Shown: positions 19,317-27,827, numbered from the stretch's first letter. The stretch: DNA of 64,000 nt from Pseudomonadota bacterium (GCA_049324475.1 JBMOOO010000016.1:71154-135153); one strand, 5' to 3'. Notes: generated from the sequence alone by a model not told the origin. A program made the numbers and translations.

Positions 19317-19498
19317 TGGAATCCGACACACGGTAGCCGGATGTCAGCAAAGACATGTTTTGTCGGGAATATTCTCCGGGGGTGATCGCTCTGCCGATCG
19401 CCGCACGCCCCGGAGGATGAACCGCGCACCTGCGCGGGGGGCATGCAATCCGGCAGCCCTGCTGCCGGCAGTTCGCCGATGCATGTCAGGAGGCTCGC

Positions 19499-20593
19499 AT
19501 GCGCCGCGTACCGTTGTTGGTCCTGATGCTGTTGCCGGTCCTGCTCGTGCCGGCCGGAGTCCGGGCAGCAGATGCTGCAGCAACCGCTCCGCAATACATC
19601 GCCCTGCTCCCCTATTTCGCCGAAACAGACAATGACCGTGGCGCCAATCACGGCCCCGGCCTGCGACTGGCCTATGGGCGCCAGTTGTCAGGGCACGAGC
19701 ACTGGTACTGGGAAACCGACGTTGCCGGCGAAGTGCTGGAAACCGGTATCAACACCCAGACCGATTTCTACCAGACCTCGCTTTCCACCGGGCTGGCCTG
19801 GACGCTGCGTGAGCGCACCCGCCTGACGCCTTATGCGATCGGCAGCATCGGCATCGCCTACAACGATGTGCTGCCGGACAGCGAGGACGACATCAGCATG
19901 GTGATGAGCCTCGGGGCCGGCGTGGTCAGCGGCAGTGTCTTTGACAACGGGCTCAAGCTGCGGGCAGAAGCGCGCTGGCAGCACGACTGGTTTGCCGACG
20001 AATACGACGACCTGCACCTGATGGCCGGGCTGGAAATACCGCTGGGCCGGACACGGATCGTGGAGAAGATCGTCATCCGGGAAGTGCCGGTCGAGAAGAT
20101 CGTGGAAGTCGAGAAAGTGGTGACCGTACCGGTGCCGGTCAGCGAGCCGCCGGCAGACACCGACGAAGACGGCGTGCCGGACATACGGGACCGCTGCCCC
20201 AATACCCTCAAGGGCCTGAAGGTGGACGCCAATGGCTGTGTCACCGGCACCCAGACCCTGACGCTCGCCAACATCAATTTCGAAAGCGGCTCGGCCGTGC
20301 TGACCCGCAATTCGCTGTCTGCGCTCTGGGCGCTGGCCCGCGCACTCAAGGACCAGCCTGACCTGAAAGTGGAAATCGCCGGCCATACCGACAGCCAGGG
20401 CAACGACGATTTCAACCTGCGCCTGTCGCAGAAACGCGCCGAAGCCGTACATGAATTCCTTGCCAGGCAGAACATCGACCCGCGCCGCATGCGTGCTGCC
20501 GGCTATGGCGAAAGCCAGCCGCTGGCCGGCAACGACACCCCGGCCGGACGCGCCATGAACCGTCGTGTGGAGTTCCGGACACAGGAGCAGTAA
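19499..20593 (+). CDS. OmpA-family outer-membrane protein with TSP3-type Asp-rich motif
   Basis: AGGAGG RBS. Signal peptide ...LLVPAGVRA. N-terminal barrel-like half. VEKIV-type repeats, DTDEDGVPDIRDRCPNT, and a C-terminal OmpA_C (NFESGSAVL ... GHTDSQGNDDFNLRLSQKRA ... NRRVEF). Confidence 0.9.
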   Translation: MRRVPLLVLMLLPVLLVPAGVRAADAAATAPQYIALLPYFAETDNDRGANHGPGLRLAYGRQLSGHEHWYWETDVAGEVLETGINTQTDFYQTSLSTGLAWTLRERTRLTPYAIGSIGIAYNDVLPDSEDDISMVMSLGAGVVSGSVFDNGLKLRAEARWQHDWFADEYDDLHLMAGLEIPLGRTRIVEKIVIREVPVEKIVEVEKVVTVPVPVSEPPADTDEDGVPDIRDRCPNTLKGLKVDANGCVTGTQTLTLANINFESGSAVLTRNSLSALWALARALKDQPDLKVEIAGHTDSQGNDDFNLRLSQKRAEAVHEFLARQNIDPRRMRAAGYGESQPLAGNDTPAGRAMNRRVEFRTQEQ

Positions 20594-20630
20594 GTCCGGG
20601 GAACCTTGGAGTCCGGAGGAGGGAACCGTC

Positions 20631-22865
20631 ATGAAAATCCCGGGACTTGTACTGGCCATCGCAACAGCCCTGTTGCTGGCTTCCTGCAATGCAGACCAGC
20701 GGGTGATACCGCCCGCCGGCAGTGACTACGATCTCGATGGCGTCGTCGATGTCGAGGACAACTGTCCGGTTACCGCCAACACCAACCAGTCCGACAGCGA
20801 TGGTGACGACATTGGCGATGCCTGTGACAACGACCGGGACGGCGACGGCATCGTCAACGCCGCCGACAACTGTCCGCTGGATGCCAATGCCGGGCAGGAC
20901 GACGATGACGACGATGGCATCGGAGACGCCTGCGACAGCAACGCCGACGCCGACGCGGATGGCATCGACGACGGCATCGACAATTGCCCGGCCGTCGCCA
21001 ACACCCCGCAGACCAATACCGATGGCGATGAAGCCGGCGACGCCTGCGACAACGATGACGACGGCGACGGGGTCGGTGATGGCAGCGACGTCTGCCCGCT
21101 GACGGCCGATGCGGGCCAGGCCAACAACGATGATGACAGTGCCGGCGATGCCTGCGACGCCGACGACGACAACGACACCGTGCCGGACGGCACCGACAAC
21201 TGCCCGGTTCTGGCCAATGAAGACCAGGCCGACGGGGACGGCGACAACATCGGGGACGGATGCGATCCGGATACCGATGGCGACGGCGTGGTCAATCTGC
21301 TCGACAACTGCCCTTCCGTTTCCAATGCCGGACAGGCCGATCTCGACGGTGATGATGCCGGCGATGCCTGCGACAGCGATCGGGATGGCGATGGCATTGC
21401 CGACGCTGCCGACAACTGCCCCCTGATTGCCAATGCCGACCAGGCCGACAATGACGCCGACGATATCGGCAATGCCTGCGACAACAACACCGACACGGAC
21501 ACGGACGGCATCGATGACGGCATCGACAATTGCCCGGCCGTCTCCAACGGGGGCCAGGAGGATGCCGATGACGATGGCGCCGGTGATGCCTGCGACAATG
21601 ACGCCGACGGCGACAATATCGTCAATGGCAGTGACAACTGCCCGCTGGTGGCCAACACCAACCAGGACGATACCGACGGTGATACCGACGGCAATGCCTG
21701 CGACAGTGACGACGACAATGACACCGTCGCCGACGGCGCCGACAACTGCCCGCTGGTGGTCAACCTCTCCCAGGACAACTCCGATGCCGACCCGGCCGGC
21801 GATGCCTGCGACAACGATGACGACAACGACACCGTCGCCGACGGCGCCGACAACTGCCCGGTAGCGTCCAACAGCGACCAGGCAGACAACGACCACGACA
21901 GCATCGGCAACACCTGCGATACCGACGACGACAACGACACCGTCGCCGACGGCGCCGACAATTGCCCGCTGGTTGCCAACACCGGGCAATCCAACAATGA
22001 CGGTGACCCGGCCGGCGATGCCTGCGACAACGATGACGACAACGACACCGTCGTCGACGGCGCCGACAACTGCCCCGTCACCGCCAATGCCGACCAGGCC
22101 GACAGCGACATGGATGGGATCGGCAACGTCTGTGACAGCATCACCGATGGCGACGGCGACGGCATTCCGGACACGGCAGACAACTGCCCGGCCGTGTCGA
22201 ATCCGGACCAGCTGGACACCGACGATGACAACATCGGCAACGTCTGCGACAGCGACGATGACGACGATGGCGTGAGCGACGGTTCCGACAATTGCCCTCT
22301 GCTGGCAAACGCCAGCCAGCGGGATCTGGATGAGGACGGCATCGGGGATGCCTGTGATGCCGAGTTCACCTGCAGCAACGACAGCCGCTACAAACCGCTG
22401 GTCGGTGCCGGCATCTCGGTCGACTCCTCCCTGCACGGCATCTGCGTACTGTGCAGTGTGCTCAATCGCAACAACGTCATTGATGCCAGCGTCTCGACGG
22501 CGGCCCAGATGAACACCGGTGTCACCCTGCTGGGCTACACCAGCCTGCGGGTCACCGACTCGGTCAACACCTGGTCGGGCAACCGCCGCGCCGGGTTCGT
22601 GATCAGCGACCCTGCCGATCTGCTGTCACTGGACGTGCTGGGCGGCACCGGCATCGTGCTCTACAACAACGGCACGGAAGTGGCTGCGAGCGGCGATCTC
22701 GGCATCGAACTGGAACTGCTGGATTCGCCGGACTTCCAGAGCTTCCTGTACATCGATACCACGGAAGATTTCGACCGTATCGAAATCACCTTCTACAGTG
22801 TGCTGGAACTGCTCAGCTCGCTGAACGTGCACCAGGCCTGCCAGGGCGAGACGCCGCCTCCCTGA
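20631..22865 (+). CDS. lipoprotein composed of 15 thrombospondin type-3-like calcium-binding repeat units plus 168-aa C-terminal domain
   Basis: ORF trimmed to ATG 20631 (GGAGGAGGG RBS). Lipobox LLLASC. 15 x [DxDxDGxxDxxDNCPxxxNxxQxDxDxDxxGDxCD]. The non-repeat tail carries 4 Cys. Confidence 0.85.
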   Translation: MKIPGLVLAIATALLLASCNADQRVIPPAGSDYDLDGVVDVEDNCPVTANTNQSDSDGDDIGDACDNDRDGDGIVNAADNCPLDANAGQDDDDDDGIGDACDSNADADADGIDDGIDNCPAVANTPQTNTDGDEAGDACDNDDDGDGVGDGSDVCPLTADAGQANNDDDSAGDACDADDDNDTVPDGTDNCPVLANEDQADGDGDNIGDGCDPDTDGDGVVNLLDNCPSVSNAGQADLDGDDAGDACDSDRDGDGIADAADNCPLIANADQADNDADDIGNACDNNTDTDTDGIDDGIDNCPAVSNGGQEDADDDGAGDACDNDADGDNIVNGSDNCPLVANTNQDDTDGDTDGNACDSDDDNDTVADGADNCPLVVNLSQDNSDADPAGDACDNDDDNDTVADGADNCPVASNSDQADNDHDSIGNTCDTDDDNDTVADGADNCPLVANTGQSNNDGDPAGDACDNDDDNDTVVDGADNCPVTANADQADSDMDGIGNVCDSITDGDGDGIPDTADNCPAVSNPDQLDTDDDNIGNVCDSDDDDDGVSDGSDNCPLLANASQRDLDEDGIGDACDAEFTCSNDSRYKPLVGAGISVDSSLHGICVLCSVLNRNNVIDASVSTAAQMNTGVTLLGYTSLRVTDSVNTWSGNRRAGFVISDPADLLSLDVLGGTGIVLYNNGTEVAASGDLGIELELLDSPDFQSFLYIDTTEDFDRIEITFYSVLELLSSLNVHQACQGETPPP
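20721..22358 (+). repeat. in-frame tandem array (15 units of ~108-117 bp) encoding the TSP3-like repeats
   Basis: DNCP/DVCP cores recur 15 times. Four central units are in exact 108-bp register (cgacaa[ct]gacaccgtcg at 21713, 21821, 21929, 22037), with ~60-nt near-identical stretches. Confidence 0.9.
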
Positions 22866-22871
22866 GGCGGC

Positions 22872-23507
22872 TCAAGGATCGGCGACGAACGGGTTGCTCT
22901 TCCGTTCGTCGCCGAACGTACTCATCGGGCCATGGCCGGGGATGAACGCAACGTCATCGCCCAGCGGGAACAGGTTGTTGCGGATCGAGTCGATCAGCTG
23001 GTCGTAGTTGCCGCCGGGAAAGTCGGTGCGGCCAATCGAATTCCGGAACAGCACATCGCCGACCACGGCCAGCCGGTCTGCTTTCGAGAAAAACACCACG
23101 TGGCCCGGGGTGTGCCCCGGGCAGTGCCTTACCTCGAGCACGGTGCGTCCGACCGTCACGGTATCGCCCTGGTGCAGCCAGCGGTCCGGCGTGAAGGCCT
23201 TGGCCGGCGGAAAGCCGAACATGCGCGACTGCTCCGGCAACTGCTCGATCCAGAACCGGTCACCCTCGTGCGGTCCCTCGATGGGCACCGCCAGCCGCGC
23301 CGCCAGCTCGGCGGTCGCGCCGGCATGATCGATATGCGCGTGGGTGAGCAGGATTTTCTCCACCTTCACACCCGCCTCTGCCACGGCACCGAGAATCTCC
23401 CCGATATCACCACCTGGGTCGACCACCGCCGCCAGGCCGGTTTCCTCGCAGGACAACAGCGAGCAGTTCTGTTCGAACGGAGTGACCGGAATGATGGTGA
23501 CGCGCAC
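22872..23507 (-). CDS. MBL-fold metallo-hydrolase (GloB/YcbL-like)
   Basis: ORF 22872..24026 trimmed to GTG 23507 ((M)RVTIIPVTPFEQNCSLL). HxHxDH motif THAHIDHAG. CPGHTPGH. Confidence 0.85.
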   Translation of the reverse strand: MRVTIIPVTPFEQNCSLLSCEETGLAAVVDPGGDIGEILGAVAEAGVKVEKILLTHAHIDHAGATAELAARLAVPIEGPHEGDRFWIEQLPEQSRMFGFPPAKAFTPDRWLHQGDTVTVGRTVLEVRHCPGHTPGHVVFFSKADRLAVVGDVLFRNSIGRTDFPGGNYDQLIDSIRNNLFPLGDDVAFIPGHGPMSTFGDERKSNPFVADP

Positions 23508-23582
23508 GGCGACTGTCCTGGTGCAGGCGGGAGCGCATGATAACCCGGTGTATCGGACAACCGGCTGCCGTATGCTCCGCCC

Positions 23583-24050
23583 ATGATCAATCCCGACCTC
23601 GCCATCTACCTGCTGGTAACCGGCTACGGCGATGACGCCGCCGTCGTCGACGCCTGTCTGGGGCTGGCGCCCACGGCTGTGTGGGTCCGCGGCGAAGTCT
23701 TCAGCGCCGACTTCCCCGAGGCCCGACGCCTGCGCAGCCAGTGGATGCTGGCCAGTGGCCTGCCGCCCGACGCGTCGTTCCGCGAACACTGCGCGGCCCT
23801 GCTGGCCATGCTTGAACCCCGCGCGGCGGCATTGCAGGATGCGGCCGCACACTGGCATGTATCGCTGGTGGTCGGACGCTTCTTCCACCACGGCGATCCA
23901 GCGCTGTATCTGGACAGTGACATCCTGCAGCGCTTCACCGCCCTGGGCCTGGATGCCGGTTTCGACCAGATGGCGCACACGCCCGGTTTCGGCACCCCGC
24001 TGTATCGCGATCCCTCCGACCCGCACCGCCTGGAGCCCGAAGACCCATGA
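23583..24050 (+). CDS. DUF4279 domain-containing protein
   Basis: 155 aa. The pattern [10 protein letters not shown]...LGLAPT..W.RGE......W.L.SGL......L...LEP....L......W.V.L.VG.......[22 protein letters not shown] matches my recollection of DUF4279. The stop overlaps the cysC start (ATGA). Confidence 0.55.
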   Translation: MINPDLAIYLLVTGYGDDAAVVDACLGLAPTAVWVRGEVFSADFPEARRLRSQWMLASGLPPDASFREHCAALLAMLEPRAAALQDAAAHWHVSLVVGRFFHHGDPALYLDSDILQRFTALGLDAGFDQMAHTPGFGTPLYRDPSDPHRLEPEDP

Positions 24051-24646
24051 CCGACAACATCGTATGGCATCCGCATGCCGTCACCCGCGAGCTGCGGGCC
24101 CGGCAGAAAAACCAGCGGCCCCTGATGCTGTGGTTCACCGGCTTGTCCGGCGCGGGAAAATCCACGGTCGCCAACGCACTGGAATCCTGGCTGTACGACC
24201 ACGGCTTCCACACGTATCTGCTGGACGGCGACAACGTCCGCCACGGACTCAACAAGGACCTGGGCTTCTCCGACAAGGATCGCGTGGAGAACATCCGCCG
24301 CATCGGCGAGGTCGGCAAGCTGATGGTCGATGCCGGCATCATCTCGATCAGCGCCTTCATTTCCCCGTTCCGGGCCGACCGGCAGATGGTGCGCAGCCTG
24401 TTTGCACCGGGCGAGTTCGTCGAGGTCTACGTTGCCACACCCCTGCACGTCTGCGAGAAACGTGATCCGAAGGGGCTGTACCAGAAAGCCCGTGCCGGCG
24501 TGATCCGGCAGTTCACCGGTATCGACTCCCCCTACGAAGCGCCGACAGATCCGGAGATCACGCTGGATACCAGTCGCCTGTCCGTGGAACAGGCCACCCT
24601 GGCCGTGGTCGATTACCTGCGCAGCGTCCAGGCCCTGCCGCACTGA
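24047..24646 (+). CDS. cysC: adenylyl-sulfate (APS) kinase
   Basis: P-loop [46 protein letters not shown]. Confidence 0.95.
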   Translation: MTDNIVWHPHAVTRELRARQKNQRPLMLWFTGLSGAGKSTVANALESWLYDHGFHTYLLDGDNVRHGLNKDLGFSDKDRVENIRRIGEVGKLMVDAGIISISAFISPFRADRQMVRSLFAPGEFVEVYVATPLHVCEKRDPKGLYQKARAGVIRQFTGIDSPYEAPTDPEITLDTSRLSVEQATLAVVDYLRSVQALPH

Positions 24647-24715
24647 GCACGCTCGTCCACATCCGGCCACGGATTTACCGCAGGCCACAGCCTCCCTCCT
24701 TTCGTCTACTGCCTA

Positions 24716-24744
24716 TTGGCACCCCCGTCCCCAGGCCCTAGATT
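24716..24744 (+). promoter_or_regulatory. putative sigma70 promoter TTGGCA-17-TAGATT
   Basis: -35 at 24716-24721 and -10 at 24739-24744, with exactly 17-nt spacing, about 54 nt upstream of ATG 24798. Confidence 0.5.
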
Positions 24745-24797
24745 CCCGGGACTCCCTGCTCCTTTTTTCCTACCCGTCCTGCGAACCGATCTACGCC

Positions 24798-25646
24798 ATG
24801 CGTACTGCCCTGTTTCGCCATCGTGCCGATATCCCGGCAGCCCTGTTCGTACTCGCCGTGTTCGCGCTGCAGCTGACCGTGTTCTTCCTTGTCGAGGATC
24901 CGGTGGACGCCATCGGCTGGGTCGTGCTGCTGATGCTGGCCCAGGTGTCCTGCGGCGCCATCTGCCACAACCACCATCACGTCAACATCTTCACGTGGCG
25001 GCCGCTGAACCGCGCGCTGGAGGTGGTCATGTACCTGCAGACCGGCACCAGCCCGTTCTCCTGGACCATCCACCACAACATCGGCCACCACCACGAATAT
25101 CTCGATCCGCAGCGCGACCCGTCGGCATGGCTGCATGCGGACGGGCGCCCGATGAGCCGGATCTACTACGATCTCGTCAATGCCGCGCAGATCTACCCGA
25201 AGATCTGGAACATCGGCAGGCAACACCCGGTATTGTTCACGCGCTTCAAACGCTGGTTCCTGATCAGCAATCTGGTCCTGCTCGGATTCTTCCTGGTCGA
25301 TCCGCTGATGACCCTGATCGTGTTCATCGTGCCCATGCTGATCCTTCTGGTACTGCTGCTAGACAACACCTTCCTGCAGCATTCCGGGCTGGCACTCGAC
25401 GATCACCTGGTCGCCTCGCGCAGCGTGGAAAACCGCCTGTACAACCTCACCAGCTGGAACCTTGGCTATCACGTGGCACATCACATGCAGCCCGGCATCC
25501 ACTGGACCGAACTGCCGGCCCTGCACGCAAGAATCCGCGCGCAGATTCCACCCCACCTGATCACCACATCGCTGTTCGGGCTGCCCAGCGCCGCAGAGCG
25601 GGCGCTACGCAGCAGCGCCGGCACCGACGCGGATCCGGCCGGCTGA
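24798..25646 (+). CDS. membrane fatty-acid desaturase/hydroxylase family protein (three His boxes)
   Basis: His boxes CHNHHH, HHNIGHHH, HVAHH. 4-5 hydrophobic segments. 282 aa. Confidence 0.75.
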   Translation: MRTALFRHRADIPAALFVLAVFALQLTVFFLVEDPVDAIGWVVLLMLAQVSCGAICHNHHHVNIFTWRPLNRALEVVMYLQTGTSPFSWTIHHNIGHHHEYLDPQRDPSAWLHADGRPMSRIYYDLVNAAQIYPKIWNIGRQHPVLFTRFKRWFLISNLVLLGFFLVDPLMTLIVFIVPMLILLVLLLDNTFLQHSGLALDDHLVASRSVENRLYNLTSWNLGYHVAHHMQPGIHWTELPALHARIRAQIPPHLITTSLFGLPSAAERALRSSAGTDADPAG

Positions 25647-25648
25647 GC

Positions 25649-25885
25649 ATGGCCGGCTGCCAGCCCGTTTCACTGCAGCAGCTGACACTGCTGATCGATC
25701 GCCTGCGCCACACGAACCTGGACGAGGCCGAGCGCGCCGAACACGAGCGCTTCTTCCGCAAGTGCATTCCCTCCGCCGATGCCCTTGCCTTCGTCCTCGA
25801 CCCGGCGCAGCATCCGGCCAACCCGCGGCCCGGCACCGTTCCGACACCGGAAGAGCTGGCCCGCATCGTCATCAAGATGCCGTAG
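25649..25885 (+). CDS. hypothetical small protein (78 aa)
   Basis: Last 78 codons of spurious track ORF 24716..25885. ATG 25649 lies 2 nt after the desaturase stop. High third-position GC and ordinary amino-acid composition (MAGCQPVSLQQLTLLIDRLRHTNLDEAERAEHERFF...). Confidence 0.45.
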   Translation: MAGCQPVSLQQLTLLIDRLRHTNLDEAERAEHERFFRKCIPSADALAFVLDPAQHPANPRPGTVPTPEELARIVIKMP

Positions 25886-25909
25886 AGGCGCCCGACCCGG
25901 GCGAAACGC

Positions 25910-26392
25910 ATGCCGTCTTTCGATACCGTTTCCGAGATCAACCATCACGAAGTCAGCAACGCCATCGACCAGGCCACGCGCGAGATCGAGCAGCGCTTCG
26001 ATCTGCGCGGTACCGGCGCCGAGGTCAAACTGGAAAAGAGTGTGATCACCTGCGTTGCCACCGCCGACTTCCAGCTCAAGCAGGTGCGCGAGATCGTGGA
26101 AGCCAAGCTGGTCAAGCGCGGTATCGACATCACATGCCTTGAGGAAGGCAAGGTCGAAGGTGCCGGCAAGGAACTGCGGCAGACACTCACCGTCAAGGAA
26201 GGTGTCGACCAGGAGCACGCAAAAAAGATCGTGGCGCTGCTCAAGGAGTCGAAAATGAAAGTGCAGGCCTCGATCCAGGGTGACAAGGTGCGCGTCACCG
26301 GCAAGCAGCGGGACGACCTCCAGGCTGCCATTGCCCTGATCAAGGGCGGCAAGATCGGCATCCCGCTGCAGTTCAACAACTTCCGGGACTGA
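25910..26392 (+). CDS. yajQ: YajQ-family (UPF0234) nucleotide / cyclic-di-GMP-binding protein
   Basis: MPSFDTVSEINHHEVSNAIDQATREIEQRFDLRG... ends ...LQFNNFRD. 160 aa, typical of the family. Confidence 0.9.
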   Translation: MPSFDTVSEINHHEVSNAIDQATREIEQRFDLRGTGAEVKLEKSVITCVATADFQLKQVREIVEAKLVKRGIDITCLEEGKVEGAGKELRQTLTVKEGVDQEHAKKIVALLKESKMKVQASIQGDKVRVTGKQRDDLQAAIALIKGGKIGIPLQFNNFRD

Positions 26393-26412
26393 CCCCGCGG
26401 CCGGGACGCCCT

Positions 26413-26655
26413 TCAGTAGTGCGGGGGCGGCGGTTCCTCGCCCGGCGAGGCATGCATCAAAGGCAGCAGCAGCTCCACCTGTTCGCGCGTACGGCGCAAC
26501 GACAATTCCAGGCGGGCAATACGCTGGTCCTGGTCGACCACGACCCGGTTCAGCTGATCGATGGTGTCATCCTGGAAGGCCAGCCGGCCTTCCAGATCGG
26601 CGATGCGGGCCATCAGGGCGGCCCGGTCTGCGGCAGGGTCGGCAGCGTTGTTCAC
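26413..26655 (-). CDS. slyX: SlyX family protein
   Basis: C-terminal part of track ORF 26413..26979. ...RIADLEGRLAFQDDTIDQLNRVV...EEPPPPHY parallels E. coli SlyX. Start is GTG 26655 or ATG 26613. Confidence 0.75.
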   Translation of the reverse strand: MNNAADPAADRAALMARIADLEGRLAFQDDTIDQLNRVVVDQDQRIARLELSLRRTREQVELLLPLMHASPGEEPPPPHY

Positions 26656-26721
26656 GGCGGATACGCGACAGTTGTCAGGAGGTCGCGGTATGCTCCGGCG
26701 CAGCCCGGAGAGCGTCAAGCC

Positions 26722-27756
26722 ATGAATATCGACGACCTGCTCACCACACTGCGCCACAACGAGCAGATCGTGCGCAAGCTGTTCGACATTGAGAGCAACA
26801 TCCTCGGCACCACCCGCTTTCGCGACCTGTTCGAGAACCTCCTGGCCCAGATCGAACAGCAGTTCGCCATCCCCCACGTCTGGCTCACGCTGGTGCACGA
26901 CGAGGCGATCACCTCGCTGATTGCCGACCTGCAGCAGTCGACCCAGACCCGCAACCATCTGGTCATCATCGACGATCACAGCTTCCGGGCACTGACCGGC
27001 GGCAGCAGCGAGCCCCTGCTGGTGAACAGCGGTCTCGACCGTTATTCACCGCTGGTGCCCCCGGCGTTCCGCGGCAGCCTCGGCTCCATCGCCATAGCGC
27101 CGATACGCTTCGAAGGCCGCATCATCGGCAGCTTCAACCAGGGCGACGGCAACCGCGCACGCTTTTCCCCGGACAAGGACACGTTCTTCCTGCGCCAGCT
27201 CGCTGTGAAGGTGTCGATCTGTCTGGCCAATGTCACCGCCCACGAGCAGCTGCGCGTACTGGCCACCCGTGATCCACTGACCCACCTGCCCAACCGGCGC
27301 GAGCTCGAACAGATCCTGCACCGGGAGTTCGAGAGGGCACGCCGGCTGGATCAGCCGCTGGCCGTGGTTTTCCTCGACTGCGATGACTTCAAGCAGGTCA
27401 ACGACCGCTTCGGCCACGATGCCGGCGACGCCTATCTGCATCATGTTGCGCGCGAACTGTCTGCCGCCATCCGCGCCTCCGACTGTGCCTTCCGGTTTGC
27501 CGGCGACGAGTTCGTGCTGGTGCTGCCGGGCCAGAACACGGCCGAGGCGCAGCAGATGGGTGCACGGCTGCGGGCAAGGCTGGCCGGCGCGCCGCTGGTG
27601 TACGGCGGCGAACACATCCCGGTGATGCTGAGCCTGGGCGCCGCCTGCTCGCACGACGACGGTGCCGAAGATGCTGCCGCCCTGCTGCGGCTGGCCGATG
27701 CCCGGCTCTACGACGACAAGCGGGACAAGCCGGCGCGCCGGGCGGGCACGGCCTGA
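26722..27756 (+). CDS. sensor-domain diguanylate cyclase (GAF/DUF484-like N-terminus, GGDEF domain with AGDEF active-site variant)
   Basis: ORF 26419..27756 trimmed to ATG 26722 (GGAGAG upstream). RDPLTHLPNRR, DCDDFKQVNDRFGHDAGD, I-site RASD five residues before RFAGDEF. Confidence 0.85.
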   Translation: MNIDDLLTTLRHNEQIVRKLFDIESNILGTTRFRDLFENLLAQIEQQFAIPHVWLTLVHDEAITSLIADLQQSTQTRNHLVIIDDHSFRALTGGSSEPLLVNSGLDRYSPLVPPAFRGSLGSIAIAPIRFEGRIIGSFNQGDGNRARFSPDKDTFFLRQLAVKVSICLANVTAHEQLRVLATRDPLTHLPNRRELEQILHREFERARRLDQPLAVVFLDCDDFKQVNDRFGHDAGDAYLHHVARELSAAIRASDCAFRFAGDEFVLVLPGQNTAEAQQMGARLRARLAGAPLVYGGEHIPVMLSLGAACSHDDGAEDAAALLRLADARLYDDKRDKPARRAGTA

Positions 27757-27827
27757 CGCACGCTTTGCGACGCCCATGGCTCTGCTATGATTGTCCCGCC
27801 CCTCGCTCCGCCGACGGAAAAAATACA

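Noticed and set aside
21700-22100. Regularly spaced ~108-bp direct repeats that might be mistaken for a CRISPR-like or satellite array
   Set aside because: The repeats are in frame within a coding sequence. The 'spacers' are themselves homologous repeat halves, and there are no cas genes.
20412-22436. 674-aa and 550-aa ORFs (20412..22436 and 20726..22378, minus strand) with repetitive Val/Gly/Ala/Ile-rich and Ser/Pro/Leu-rich products
   Set aside because: They are antisense frames of the TSP3 repeat array. Their periodicity only mirrors the sense-strand repeats. The sense frame has an RBS, a lipobox and a well-known motif.
24716-25648. N-terminal 311 codons of the 389-aa ORF 24716..25885
   Set aside because: This part runs out of frame through the His-box desaturase gene and is Pro/Arg-rich. 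Only the last 78 codons (from ATG 25649, after the desaturase stop) look like genuine coding sequence.
25649-25885. Idea that the 78-aa ORF is a colicin/pyocin immunity-like protein
   Set aside because: The resemblance was only a vague helix-pattern impression. There is no cognate nuclease or toxin gene nearby and no diagnostic motif. I left it as hypothetical.
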